Part shown: one piece after another, positions 1 through 13,600 of the stretch
Position numbering within the stretch: position 1 is the first letter of the stretch
Layout: the number at the start of each line of letters is the position of its first letter
Assembly (NCBI GenBank): GCA_964016885.1
Contig: OZ024744.1
Coordinates: forward strand, 105,152,001-105,216,000
DNA length: 64,000 bases
Source: Eledone cirrhosa
Lineage: Eukaryota
Direction: 5' to 3'
The notes under the pieces: model-generated
Databases searched by the model: none
The model's input: only the letters and a program-made list of their open reading frames with translations
Told to the model about the DNA's origin: nothing
Position numbers and translations under genes: made by a program

Positions 1-3000
1 ATGCCGTCTCTGACTAGTCTGTGTCTACAGTTGTATGCGGTCTATGACTAGTCTGTGTCTACGGTTGTATGCCGTCTATAACTAGTCTGTGTGTACGGTT
101 GTATGCACTCTATGACTAGTCTGTGTCTACGGTTGTATGCCGTCTGTCACTAGTCTGTGTGTACGGTTGTATGCCGTCTATGACTAGTCTGTGTCTACGG
201 TTGTATTCGGTCTATGACTAGTCTGTGTCTACGGTTGTATGCCGTCTATGACTAGTCTGTGTCTACGGTTGTATGCCGTCTATGACTAGTCTGTGTGCAC
301 GGTTGTATGCCGTCTATGACTAGTCTGTGTCTACGGCTGTATGCCGTCTATGCCTAGTCTGTGTCTACGGTTGTATGCAGTCTATGACTAGTCTAATCCA
401 CGGTTGTATGCCGTCTATGACTAGTGTGTGTCTTCGGTTGTATGCCGTCTATGACTAGTCTGTGTCTACGGTTGTATGCCGTCTATGACTAGTCTGTGTC
501 TACGGTTGTATGCCATCTATGACTAGTCTGTGTGTACGGTTGTATGCCGTCTATGACTAGTCTGTGTCTACGGTTGTATGTCGTCTATGACTAGTCTGTG
601 TCTACGGTTGTATGCCGTCTATGACTAGTCTGTGTCTACGGTTGTATGCCGTCTATGACTAGTCTGAGTCTACGGTTGTATGGCGTCTATGACTAGTCTG
701 TGTCTACGGTTGTATGCCGTCTATGACTAGTCTGTGTCTACAGTTGTATGCCGTCTATGACTAGTCTGTGTCTACAGTTGTATGCCGTCTATGACTAGTC
801 TGTGTCTACGGTTGTATGCCGTCTATGACTAGTATGTGTCTACGGTTGTATGCCGTCTATGACTAGTCTGTGTGTACGGTTGTATGCAGTCTATGACTAG
901 TCTGTGTCTACTGTTGTATGCCGTCTATGACAAGTCTGTGTGTACGGTGGTATGCAGTCTATGACTAGTCTGTGTCTACGGTTGTATGCCGTCTATGACT
1001 AGTCTGTGTGTACGGTTGTATGCCGTCTATGACTAGTCTGTGTCTACAGTTGTATGCCGTCTATGACTAGTCTGTGTCTACGGTTGTATGCCGTCTATGA
1101 CTAGTCTGTGTCTACAGTTGTATGCCGTCTCTGACTAGTCTGTGTCTACGGTTGTATGCCGTCTATGACTAGTCTGTGTCTACGGTTGTATGCCGTCTAT
1201 GACTAGTCTGTGTCTACGGTTGTATGCCGTCTATGACTAGTCTGTGTCTACGGTTGTATGCCATCTATGACTAGTCTGTGTGTACGGTTGTATGCCGTCT
1301 ATGACTAGTCTGTGTCTACAGTTGTATGTCGTCTATGACTACTCTGTGTCTACGGTTGTATGCCGTCAATATCTAGTCTGTGTCTACGGTTGTATGCCGT
1401 CTATGACTAGTATGTGTCTACGGTTGTATGCCGTCTATGACTAGTCTGTGTCTACGGTTGTATGCCGTCTATGACTAGTCTGTGTCTACTGTTGTATGCC
1501 GTCTATGACTAGGCTGTGTGTACGGTTGTATGCAGTCTATGACTAGTCTGTGTCTACGGTTGTATGCCGTCTATGACTAGGCTGTGTGTACGGTTGTATG
1601 CAGTCTATGACTAGTCTGTGTCTACGGTTGTATGCCGTCTATGACTAGTCTGTGCGTACGGTTGTATGCAGTCTATGACTAGTCTGTGTCTACGGTTGTA
1701 TGGCGTCTATGACTACTCTGTGTCTACAGTTGTATGCCATCTATGACTAGTCTGTGTGTACGGTTGTATGCAGTCTATGACTAGTCTGTGTCTACAGTTG
1801 TATGCCGTATATGACTAGTCTGAGTCTACGGTTGTATGCAGTCTATGACTAGTCTGTGTGTACGGTTGTATGCCGTCTATGACTAGTCTGTGTCTACGGT
1901 TGTATGCCGTCTATGACTAGTCTGTGTCTACAGTTGTATGCCGTCTATGACTAGTCTGTGTCTACGGTTGTATGCCGTCTATGACTAGTCTGTGTCTACA
2001 GTTGTATGCCGTCTATGACTAGTGTGTGTCTACGGTTGTATACCGTCTATGACTAGTCTGTGTCTACGGTTGTATGCAGTCTATGACTAGTCTGTGTCTA
2101 CGGTTGTATGCCGTCTATGACTAGTCTGTGTCTACGGTTGTATGCCGTCTATGACTAGTCTGTGTCTACAGTTGTATGCCGTCTATGACTAGTCTGTGTC
2201 TTCGGTTGTATGCCCTCTATGACTAGTCTGTGTCTACGGTTGTATGCCGTCTATGACTAGTCTGTGTCTACAGTTGTATGCCGTCTATGACTAGTCTGTG
2301 TCTACGGTTGTATGCCGTCTATGACTAGTCTGTGTGTACGGTTGTATGCAGTCTATGACTAATCTGTGTCTACGGTTGTATGCCGTCTATGACAAGTCTG
2401 TGTCTACGGTTGTATGCCGTCTCTGACTAGTCTGTGTCTACAGTTGTATGCGGTCTATGACTAGTCTGTGTCTACGGTTGTATGCCGTCTATAACTAGTC
2501 TGTGTGTACGGTTGTATGCACTCTATGACTAGTCTGTGTCTACGGTTGTATGCCGTCTGTCACTAGTCTGTGTGTACGGTTGTATGCCGTCTATGACTAG
2601 TCTGTGTCTACGGTTGTATTCGGTCTATGACTAGTCTGTGTCTACGGTTGTATGCCGTCTATGACTAGTCTGTGTCTACGGTTGTATGCCGTCTATGACT
2701 AGTCTGTGTGCACGGTTGTATGCCGTCTATGACTAGTCTGTGTCTACGGCTGTATGCCGTCTATGCCTAGTCTGTGTCTACGGTTGTATGCAGTCTATGA
2801 CTAGTCTAATCCACGGTTGTATGCCGTCTATGACTAGTGTGTGTCTTCGGTTGTATGCCGTCTATGACTAGTCTGTGTCTACGGTTGTATGCCGTCTATG
2901 ACTAGTCTGTGTCTACGGTTGTATGCCATCTATGACTAGTCTGTGTGTACGGTTGTATGCCGTCTATGACTAGTCTGTGTCTACGGTTGTATGTCGTCTA

Positions 3001-3460
3001 TGACTAGTCTGTGTCTACGGTTGTATGCCGTCTATGACTAGTCTGTGTCTACGGTTGTATGCCGTCTATGACTAGTCTGAGTCTACGGTTGTATGGCGTC
3101 TATGACTAGTCTGTGTCTACGGTTGTATGCCGTCTATGACTAGTCTGTGTCTACAGTTGTATGCCGTCTATGACTAGTCTGTGTCTACAGTTGTATGCCG
3201 TCTATGACTAGTCTGTGTCTACGGTTGTATGCCGTCTATGACTAGTATGTGTCTACGGTTGTATGCCGTCTATGACTAGTCTGTGTGTACGGTTGTATGC
3301 AGTCTATGACTAGTCTGTGTCTACTGTTGTATGCCGTCTATGACAAGTCTGTGTGTACGGTGGTATGCAGTCTATGACTAGTCTGTGTCTACGGTTGTAT
3401 GCCGTCTATGACTAGTCTGTGTGTACGGTTGTATGCCGTCTATGACTAGTCTGTGTCTAC
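1..3460. repeat. Block duplication within the array: 1-~1047 repeated at 2414-~3460 (offset 2413 bp = 71 monomers minus 1 bp)
   Basis: The same ordered rare variants occur in both copies: gtctctgac, gcggtc, tataac, gcactc, tgtcac, gtgcac, gcctag, aatccac (395 vs 2808) and caag+ggtgg. The copies diverge at about 1048/3461. Confidence 0.9.
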
Positions 3461-6400
3461 GGTTGTATTCGGTCTATGACTAGTCTGTGTCTACGGTTGT
3501 ATGCCGTCTATGACTAGTCTGTGTCTACGGTTGTATGCTGTCTATGACTAGTCTGTGTGTACGGTTGTATGCCGTCTATGACTAGTCTGTGTGTACGGTT
3601 GTATGCCGTCTATGACTAGTCTGAGTCTACGGTTGTATGCCGTCTATGAATAGTCTGTGTACGGTTGTATGCCGTCTATGTCTAGTCTGTGTCTACGGTT
3701 GTATGCCGTCTATGACTAGTCTCTGTGTACGGTTGTATGCCGTCTATGACTAGTCTGTGTATACGGTTGTATGCCGTCTATGACTAGTCTGTGTCTACGG
3801 TTGTATGCCGTCTATGACTAGTCTGTGTCTACAGTTGTATGCCGTCTATGACTAGTCTGTGTCTACGGTTGTATGCCGTCTATGACTAGTCTGTGTCTAC
3901 AGTTGTATGCCATCTCTGACTAGTCTGTGTCTACGGTTGTATGCCGTCTATGACTAGTCTGTGTCTACGGTTGTATGCCGTCTATGACTAGTCTGTGTCT
4001 ACGGTTGTATGCCGTCTATGACTAGTCTGTGTCTACGGTTGTATGCCATCTATGACTAGTCTGTGTGTACGGTTGTATGCCGTCTAACTAGTCTGTGTCT
4101 ACAGTTGTATGTCGTCTATGACTACTCTCTGTCTACGGTTGTATGCTGTCTATGACTAGTCTGTGTCTACGGTTGTATGCCGTCTATGACTAGTATGTGT
4201 CTACGGTTGTATGCCGTCTATGACTAGTCTGTGTGTACTGTTGTATGCAGTCTATGACTAGTCTGTGTCTACTGTTGTATGCCGTCTATGACTAGGCTGT
4301 GTGTACGGTTGTATGCAGTCTATGACTAGTCTGTGTCTACGGTTGTATGCCGTCTATGACTAGTCTGTGCGTACGGTTGTATGCAGTCTATGACTAGTCT
4401 GTGTCTACGGTTGTATGGCGTCTATGACTAGTTTGTGTCTACAGTTGTATGCCATCTATGACTAGTCTGTGTGTACGGTTGTATGCAGTCTATGACTAGT
4501 CTGTGTCTACAGTTGTATGCCGTCTATGACTAGTCTGAGTCTACGGTTGTATGCAGTCTATGACTAGTCTGTGTGTACGGTTGTATGCCGTCTATGACTA
4601 GTCTACGGCTGTATGCCGTCTATGACTAGTCTGTGTCTACGGTTGTATGCCGTCTATGACTAGTCTGTGTCTACAGTTGTATGCCGTCTATGACTAGTTT
4701 GTGTCTACGGTTGTATACCGTCTATGACTAGTCTGTGTCTACGGTTTTATGCAGTCTATGACTAGTCTGTGTCTACGGTTGTATGCCGTCTATGACTAGT
4801 CTGTGTCTACGGTTGTATGCCGTCTATGACTAGTCTGTGTCTACAGTTGTATGCCGTCTATGACTAGTCTGTGTCTTCGGTTGTATGCCGTCTATGACTA
4901 GTCTGTGTCTACGGTTGTATGCCGTCTATGACTAGTCTGTGTCTACGTTTGTATGCCGTCTATGACTAGTCTGTGTCTACGGTTGTATGCCGTCTATGAC
5001 TAGTCTGTGTCTACGGTTGTATGCCGTCTATGACTAATCTGTGTCTACGGTTGTATGCCATCTATGACTAGTCTGTGTGTACGGTTGTATGCCGTCTATG
5101 ACTAGTCTGTGTCTACGGATGTATGCCGTCTATGACTAGTCTGTGTCTACAGTTGTATGCCGTTTATGACTAGTCTGTGTGTACGGTTATATGCCGTCTA
5201 TGACTAGTCTGTGTCTACAGTTGTATGCCGTCTATGACTAGTCTGTGTCTACAGTTGTATGCCGTCTATGACTAGTCTGTGTCTACAGTTGTATACCGTC
5301 TATGACTTGTCTATGTCTACAGTTGTATGCCGTCTATGACTAGTCTGTGTCTACGGTTGTATGCCGTCTATGACTAGTCTGTGTCTACGGTTGTATGCCG
5401 TCAATGACTAGACTGTGTCTACAGTTGTATGCCATCTATGACTAGTTTGTGTCTACTGCTGTATGCAGTCTATGACTAGTCTGTGTCTACGGTTGTATGC
5501 AGGCTATGACTAGTCATTGTCTACGGTTGTATGCAGGTTATGACTAGTCTGTGTCTACGGTTGTATGCCGTCTATGACTAGTCTGTGTGTACGGTTGTAT
5601 GCCGTCTATGACTAGTCTGTGTCTACGGTTGTATGCCATCTATGACTAGTCTGTGTGTACGGTTGTATGCCGTCTATGACTAGTCTGTGTCTACAGTTGT
5701 ATGCCGTCTATGACTAGTCTGTGTATACGGTTGTATGCCGTCTATGACTAGTCTGTGTCTACGGTTGTATGCCGTCTATGACTAGTCTGTGTGTACGGTT
5801 GTATGCCGTCTATGACTAGTCTGTGTATACGGTTGTATGCCGTCTATGACTAGTCTGTGTCTACGGTTGTATGCCGTCTATGACTAGTCTGTGTCTACAG
5901 TTGTATGCCGTCTATGACTAGTCTGTGTCTACGGTTGTATGCCGTCTATGACTAGTCTGTGTCTACGGTTGTATGCCGTCTATGACTAGTCTGTGTCTAC
6001 GGTTGTATGCCGTCTATGACTAGTCTGTGTCTACGGTTGTATGCCGTCTATGACTAGTCTGTGTCTACGGTTGTATGCCATCTATGACTAGTCTGTGTGT
6101 ACGGTTGTATGCCGTCTATGACTAGTCTGTGTCTACAGTTGTATGTCGTCTATGACTACTCTGTGTCTACGGTTGTATGCCGTCAATATCTAGTCTGTGT
6201 CTACGGTTGTATGCCGTCTATGACTAGTATGTGTCTACGGTTGTATGCCGTCTATGACTAGTCTGTGTCTACGGTTGTATGCCGTCTATGACTAGTCTGT
6301 GTCTACTGTTGTATGCCGTCTATGACTAGGCTGTGTGTACGGTTGTATGCAGTCTATGACTAGTCTGTGTCTACGGTTGTATGCCGTCTATGACTAGGCT

Positions 6401-7650
6401 GTGTGTACGGTTGTATGCAGTCTATGACTAGTCTGTGTCTACGGTTGTATGCCGTCTATGACTAGTCTGTGCGTACGGTTGTATGCAGTCTATGACTAGT
6501 CTGTGTCTACGGTTGTATGGCGTCTATGACTACTCTGTGTCTACAGTTGTATGCCATCTATGACTAGTCTGTGTGTACGGTTGTATGCAGTCTATGACTA
6601 GTCTGTGTCTACAGTTGTATGCCGTATATGACTAGTCTGAGTCTACGGTTGTATGCAGTCTATGACTAGTCTGTGTGTACGGTTGTATGCCGTCTATGAC
6701 TAGTCTGTGTCTACGGTTGTATGCCGTCTATGACTAGTCTGTGTCTACAGTTGTATGCCGTCTATGACTAGTCTGTGTCTACGGTTGTATGCCGTCTATG
6801 ACTAGTCTGTGTCTACAGTTGTATGCCGTCTATGACTAGTGTGTGTCTACGGTTGTATACCGTCTATGACTAGTCTGTGTCTACGGTTGTATGCAGTCTA
6901 TGACTAGTCTGTGTCTACGGTTGTATGCCGTCTATGACTAGTCTGTGTCTACGGTTGTATGCCGTCTATGACTAGTCTGTGTGTACGGTTGTATGCAGTC
7001 TATGACTAATCTGTGTCTACGGTTGTATGCCGTCTATGACAAGTCTGTGTCTACGGTTGTATGCCGTCTCTGACTAGTCTGTGTCTACAGTTGTATGCGG
7101 TCTATGACTAGTCTGTGTCTACGGTTGTATGCCGTCTATAACTAGTCTGTGTGTACGGTTGTATGCACTCTATGACTAGTCTGTGTCTACGGTTGTATGC
7201 CGTCTGTCACTAGTCTGTGTGTACGGTTGTATGCCGTCTATGACTAGTCTGTGTCTACGGTTGTATTCGGTCTATGACTAGTCTGTGTCTACGGTTGTAT
7301 GCCGTCTATGACTAGTCTGTGTCTACGGTTGTATGCCGTCTATGACTAGTCTGTGTGCACGGTTGTATGCCGTCTATGACTAGTCTGTGTCTACGGTTGT
7401 ATGCCGTCTATGCCTAGTCTGTGTCTACGGTTGTATGCAGTCTATGACTAGTCTAATCCACGGTTGTATGCCGTCTATGACTAGTGTGTGTCTTCGGTTG
7501 TATGCCGTCTATGACTAGTCTGTGTCTACGGTTGTATGCCGTCTATGACTAGTCTGTGTCTACGGTTGTATGCCATCTATGACTAGTCTGTGTGTACGGT
7601 TGTATGCCGTCTATGACTAGTCTGTGTCTACGGTTGTATGCCGTCTATGA
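1100..7650. repeat. Block duplication: ~1.1-2.95 kb repeated at ~5.9-7.65 kb, the second copy lacking 5 monomers (170 bp)
   Basis: caatatctag at 1367 vs 6184 and taccgtc at 2041 vs 6858 give offset 4817. aatccac at 2808 vs 7455 gives offset 4647 (4817-170). The ttcgg/gccctc monomers near 2200 are missing from the second copy. Confidence 0.85.
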
Positions 7651-7699
7651 CTAGTCTGTGTCTACGGTTGTATGCCGTCTATGACTAGTATGTGTCTAC

Positions 7700-10600
7700 G
7701 GTTGTATGCCATCTATGACTAGTCTGTGTGTACGGTTGTATGCCGTCTAACTAGTCTGTGTCTACAGTTGTATGTCGTCTATGACTACTCTCTGTCTACG
7801 GTTGTATGCTGTCTATGACTAGTCTGTGTCTACGGTTGTATGCCGTCTATGACTAGTATGTGTCTACGGTTGTATGCCGTCTATGACTAGTCTGTGTGTA
7901 CTGTTGTATGCAGTCTATGACTAGTCTGTGTCTACTGTTGTATGCCGTCTATGACTAGGCTGTGTGTACGGTTGTATGCAGTCTATGACTAGTCTGTGTC
8001 TACGGTTGTATGCCGTCTATGACTAGTCTGTGCGTACGGTTGTATGCAGTCTATGACTAGTCTGTGTCTACGGTTGTATGGCGTCTATGACTAGTTTGTG
8101 TCTACAGTTGTATGCCATCTATGACTAGTCTGTGTGTACGGTTGTATGCAGTCTATGACTAGTCTGTGTCTACAGTTGTATGCCGTCTATGACTAGTCTG
8201 AGTCTACGGTTGTATGCAGTCTATGACTAGTCTGTGTGTACGGTTGTATGCCGTCTATGACTAGTCTACGGCTGTATGCCGTCTATGACTAGTCTGTGTC
8301 TACGGTTGTATGCCGTCTATGACTAGTCTGTGTCTACAGTTGTATGCCGTCTATGACTAGTTTGTGTCTACGGTTGTTTACCGTCTATGACTAGTCTGTG
8401 TCTACGGTTTTATGCAGTCTATGACTAGTCTGTGTCTACGGTTGTATGCCGTCTATGACTAGTCTGTGTCTACGGTTGTATGCCGTCTATGACTAGTCTG
8501 TGTCTACAGTTGTATGCCGTCTATGACTAGTCTGTGTCTTCGGTTGTATGCCGTCTATGACTAGTCTGTGTCTACGGTTGTATGCCGTCTATGACTAGTC
8601 TGTGTCTACGTTTGTATGCCGTCTATGACTAGTCTGTGTCTACGGTTGTATGCCGTCTATGACTAGTCTGTGTCTACGGTTGTATGCCGTCTATGACTAA
8701 TCTGTGTCTACGGTTGTATGCCATCTATGACTAGTCTGTGTGTACGGTTGTATGCCGTCTATGACTAGTCTGTGTCTACGGATGTATGCCGTCTATGACT
8801 AGTCTGTGTCTACAGTTGTATGCCGTTTATGACTAGTCTGTGTGTACGGTTATATGCCGTCTATGACTAGTCTGTGTCTACAGTTGTATGCCGTCTATGA
8901 CTAGTCTGTGTCTACAGTTGTATGCCGTCTATGACTAGTCTGTGTCTACAGTTGTATACCGTCTATGACTTGTCTATGTCTACAGTTGTATGCCGTCTAT
9001 GACTAGTCTGTGTCTACGCTTGTATGCCGTCTATGACTAGTCTGTGTCTACGGTTGTATGCCGTCAATGACTAGACTGTGTCTACAGTTGTATGCCATCT
9101 ATGACTAGTTTGTGTCTACTGCTGTATGCAGTCTATGACTAGTCTGTGTCTACGGTTGTATGCAGGCTATGACTAGTCATTGTCTACGGTTGTATGCAGG
9201 TTATGACTAGTCTGTGTCTACGGTTGTATGCCGTCTATGACTAGTCTGTGTCTACAGTTGTATGCCGTCTATGACTAGTCTGTGTCTTCGGTTTTATGCC
9301 GTCTATGACTAGTCTGTGTGTACGGTTGTATTCCGTCTATGACTAGTCTGTGTCTACGGTTTATGCCGTCTATGACTAGTCTGTGTCTACGGTTGTATGC
9401 CGTCTATGACTAGTCTGTGTGTACGGTTGTATGCCGTCTATGACTAGTCTGTGTCTACGGTTGTATGCCATCTATGACTAGTCTGTGTGTACGGTTGTAT
9501 GCCGTCTATGACTAGTCTGTGTCTACAGTTGTATGCCGTCTATGACTAGTCTGTGTATACGGTTGTATGCCGTCTATGACTAGTCTGTGTCTACAGTTGT
9601 ATGCGGTCTATGACTAGTCTGTGTCTACGGTTGTATGCCGTCTATGACTAGTCTGTGTGTACGGTTGTATGCCGTCTATGACTAGTCTGTGTCTACGGTT
9701 GTATGCCGTCTATGACTAGTCTGTGTCTACGGTTGTATTCGGTCTATGACTAGTCTGTGTCTACGGTTGTATGCCGTCTATGACTAGTCTGTGTCTACGG
9801 TTGTATGCTGTCTATGACTAGTCTGTGTGTACGGTTGTATGCCGTCTATGACTAGTCTGTGTGTACGGTTGTATACCGTCCATGACTAGTCTGAGTCTAC
9901 GGTTGTATGCCGTCTATGAATAGTATGTGTGTACGGTTGTATGCCGTCTATGACTAGTCTGTGTCTACGGTTGTATGCCGTCTATGACTAGTCTGTGTGT
10001 ACGGTTGTATGTCGTCTATGACTAGTCTGTGTATACGGTTGTATGCCGTCTATGACTAGTCTGTGTCTACGGTTGTATGCCGTCTATGACTAGTCTGTGT
10101 CTACAGTTGTATGCCGTCTATGACTATTCTGTGTCTACGGTTGTATGCCGTCTATGACTAGTCTGTGTCTACAGTTGTATGGCGTCTCTGACTAGTCTGT
10201 GTCTACGGTTGTATGCCGTCTATGACTAGTCTGTGTCTACGGTTGTATGCCGTCTATGACTAGTCTGTGTCTACCGTTGTATGCCGTCTATGACTAGTCT
10301 GTGTCTACGGTTGTATGCCATCTATGACTAGTCTGTGTGTACGGTTGTATGCCGTCTATGACTAGTCTGTGTCTACAGTTGTATGTCGTCTATGACTACT
10401 CTGTGTCTACGGTTGTATGCCGTCAATGTCTAGTCTGTGTCTACGGTTGTATGCCGTCTATGACTAGTATGTGTCTACGGTTGTATGCCGTCTATGACTA
10501 GTCTGTGTCTACGGTTGTATGCCGTCTATGACTAGTGTGTGTCTACTGTTGTATGCCGTCTATGACTAGGCTGTGTGTACGGTTGTATGGCGTCTATGAC

Positions 10601-13600
10601 TACTCTGTGTCTACAGTTGTATGCCATCTATGACTAGTCTGTGTGTACGGTTGTATGCAGTCTATGACTAGTCTGTGTCTACAGTTGTATGCCGTATATG
10701 AATAGTCTGAGTCTACGGTTGTATGCAGTCTATGACTAGTCTGTGTGTACGGTTGTATGCCGTCTATGACTAGTCTGTGTCTACGGTTGTATGCAGTCTA
10801 TGACTAGTCTGTGTCTACGGTTGTATGCCGTCTATGACTAGTCTGTGTCTACGGTTGTATGCCGTCTATGACTAGTCTGTGTCTACAGTTGTATGCCGTC
10901 TATGACTAGTCTGTGTCTTCGGTTGTATGCCCTCTATGACTAGTCTGTGTCTACGGTTGTATGCCGTCTATGACTAGTCTGTGTCTACAGTTGTATGCCG
11001 TCTATGACTAGTCTGTGTCTACGGTTGTATGCCGTCTATGACTAGTCTGTGTGTACGGTTGTATGCAGTCTATGACTAATCTGTGTCTACGGTTGTATGC
11101 CGTCTATGACTAGTCTGTGTCTACGGTTGTATGCCGTCTATGACTAGTCTGTGTCTACAGTTGTATGCCGTCTATGACTAGTCTGTGTCTACGGTTGTAT
11201 GCCGTCTATGACTAGTCTGTGTCTACGGTTGTATGCCGTCTATGACTAGTCTGTGTGTACGGTTGTATGCCGTCTATGACTAGTCTGTGTCTACGGTTGT
11301 ATGCCATCTATGACTCGTCTGTGTGTACGGTTGTATGCCGTCTATGACTAGTGTGAGTCTACAGTTGTATGCCGTCTATGACTAGTCTGTGTCTACGGTT
11401 GTATGCCGTCTATGACTAGTCTGTGTCTACGGTTGTATGCCGTCTATGACAAGTCTGTGTCTACGGTTGTATGCCGTCTATGACTAGTCTGTGTCTACAG
11501 TTGTATGCGGTCTATGACTAGTCTGTGTCTACGGTTGTATGCAGTCTATGACTAGTCTGTGTGTACGGTTGTATGCCGTCTATGACTAGTCTGTGTCTAC
11601 GGTTGTATGCCGTCTATGACTAGTCTGTGTCTACAGTTGTATGCCGTCTATGACTAGTCTGTGTCTACGGTTGTATGCCGTCTATGACTAGTCTGTGTCT
11701 ACAGTTGTATGCCGTCTATGACTAGTGTGTGTCTACGGTTGTATACCGTCTATGACTAGTCTGTGTCTACGGTTGTATGCAGTCTATGACTAGTCTGTGT
11801 CTACGGTTGTATGCCGTCTATGACTAGTCTGTGTCTACGGTTGTATGCCGTCTATGACTAGTCTGTGTCTACAGTTGTATGCCGTCTATGACTAGTCTGT
11901 GTCTTCGGTTGTATGCCCTCTATGACTAGTCTGTGTCTACGGTTGTATGCCGTCTATGACTAGTCTGTGTCTACAGTTGTATGCCGTCTATGACTAGTCT
12001 GTGTCTACGGTTGTATGCCGTCTATGACGAGTCTGTGTGTACGGTTGTATGCAGTCTATGACTAATCTGTGTCTACGGTTGTATGCCGTCTATGACAAGT
12101 CTGTGTCTACGGTTGTATGCCGTCTCTGACTAGTCTGTGTCTACAGTTGTATGCGGTCTATGACTAGTCTGTGTCTACGGTTGTATGCCGTCTATAACTA
12201 GTCTGTGTGTACGGTTGTATGCCCTCTATGACTAGTCTGTGTCTACGGTTGTATGCCGTCTGTCACTAGTCTGTGTGTACGGTTGTATGCCGTCTATGAC
12301 TAGTCTGTGTCTACGGTTGTATTCGGTCTATGACTAGTCTGTGTCTACGGTTGTATGCCGTCTATGACTAGTCTGTGTCTACGGTTGTATGCCGTCTATG
12401 ACTAGTCTGTGTGCACGGTTGTATGCCGTCTATGACTAGTCTGTGTCTACGGTTGTATGCCGTCTATGCCTAGTCTGTGTCTACGGTTGTATGCAGTCTA
12501 TGACTAGTCTAATCCACGGTTGTATGCCGTCTATGACTAGTGTGTGTCTTCGGTTGTATGCCGTCTATGACTAGTCTGTGTCTACGGTTGTATGCCGTCT
12601 ATGACTAGTCTGTGTCTACGGTTGTATGCCATCTATGACTAGTCTGTGTGTACGGTTGTATGCCGTCTATGACTAGTCTGTGTCTACGGTTGTATGTCGT
12701 CTATGACTAGTCTGTGTCTACGGTTGTATGCCGTCTATGACTAGTCTGTGTCTACGGTTGTATGCCGTCTATGACTAGTCTGAGTCTACGGTTGTATGGC
12801 GTCTATGACTAGTCTGTGTCTACGGTTGTATGCCGTCTATGACTAGTCTGTGTCTACAGTTGTATGCCGTCTATGACTAGTCTGTGTCTACGGTTGTATT
12901 CGGTCTATGACTAGTCTGTGTCTACGGTTGTATGCCGTCTATGACTAGTCTGTGTCTACGGTTGTATGCTGTCTATGACTAGTCTGTGTGTACGGTTGTA
13001 TGCCGTCTATGACTAGTCTGTGTGTACGGTTGTATGCCGTCTATGACTAGTCTGAGTCTACGGTTGTATGCCGTCTATGAATAGTCTGTGTACGGTTGTA
13101 TGCCGTCTATGTCTAGTCTGTGTCTACGGTTGTATGCCGTCTATGACTAGTCTCTGTGTACGGTTGTATGCCGTCTATGACTAGTCTGTGTATACGGTTG
13201 TATGCCGTCTATGACTAGTCTGTGTCTACGGTTGTATGCCGTCTATGACTAGTCTGTGTCTACAGTTGTATGCCGTCTATGACTAGTCTGTGTCTACGGT
13301 TGTATGCCGTCTATGACTAGTCTGTGTCTACAGTTGTATGCCGTCTCTGACTAGTCTGTGTCTACGGTTGTATGCCGTCTATGACTAGTCTGTGTCTACG
13401 GTTGTATGCCGTCTATGACTAGTCTGTGTCTACGGTTGTATGCCGTCTATGACTAGTCTGTGTCTACGGTTGTATGCCATCTATGACTAGTCTGTGTGTA
13501 CGGTTGTATGCCGTCTAACTAGTCTGTGTCTACAGTTGTATGTCGTCTATGACTACTCTCTGTCTACGGTTGTATGCTGTCTATGACTAGTCTGTGTCTA

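Noticed and set aside
1-34. Array of 34-bp recombinase sites (loxP/FRT-like)
   Set aside because: Only the length matches. There are no 13-bp inverted arms around an 8-bp asymmetric spacer, and the palindrome is just the central GACTAGTC.
80-100. Z-DNA or G-quadruplex potential
   Set aside because: The alternating purine-pyrimidine run is only about 10 bp (TGTGTGTACG, in a variant), and the consensus has just one GG per strand per monomer.
2150-2330. Nucleosome-length 5-monomer (170-bp) higher-order unit
   Set aside because: One 170-bp indel is seen, but other indels span 1, 2, 3, 4 or more monomers and I saw no 5-monomer periodicity among the variants.
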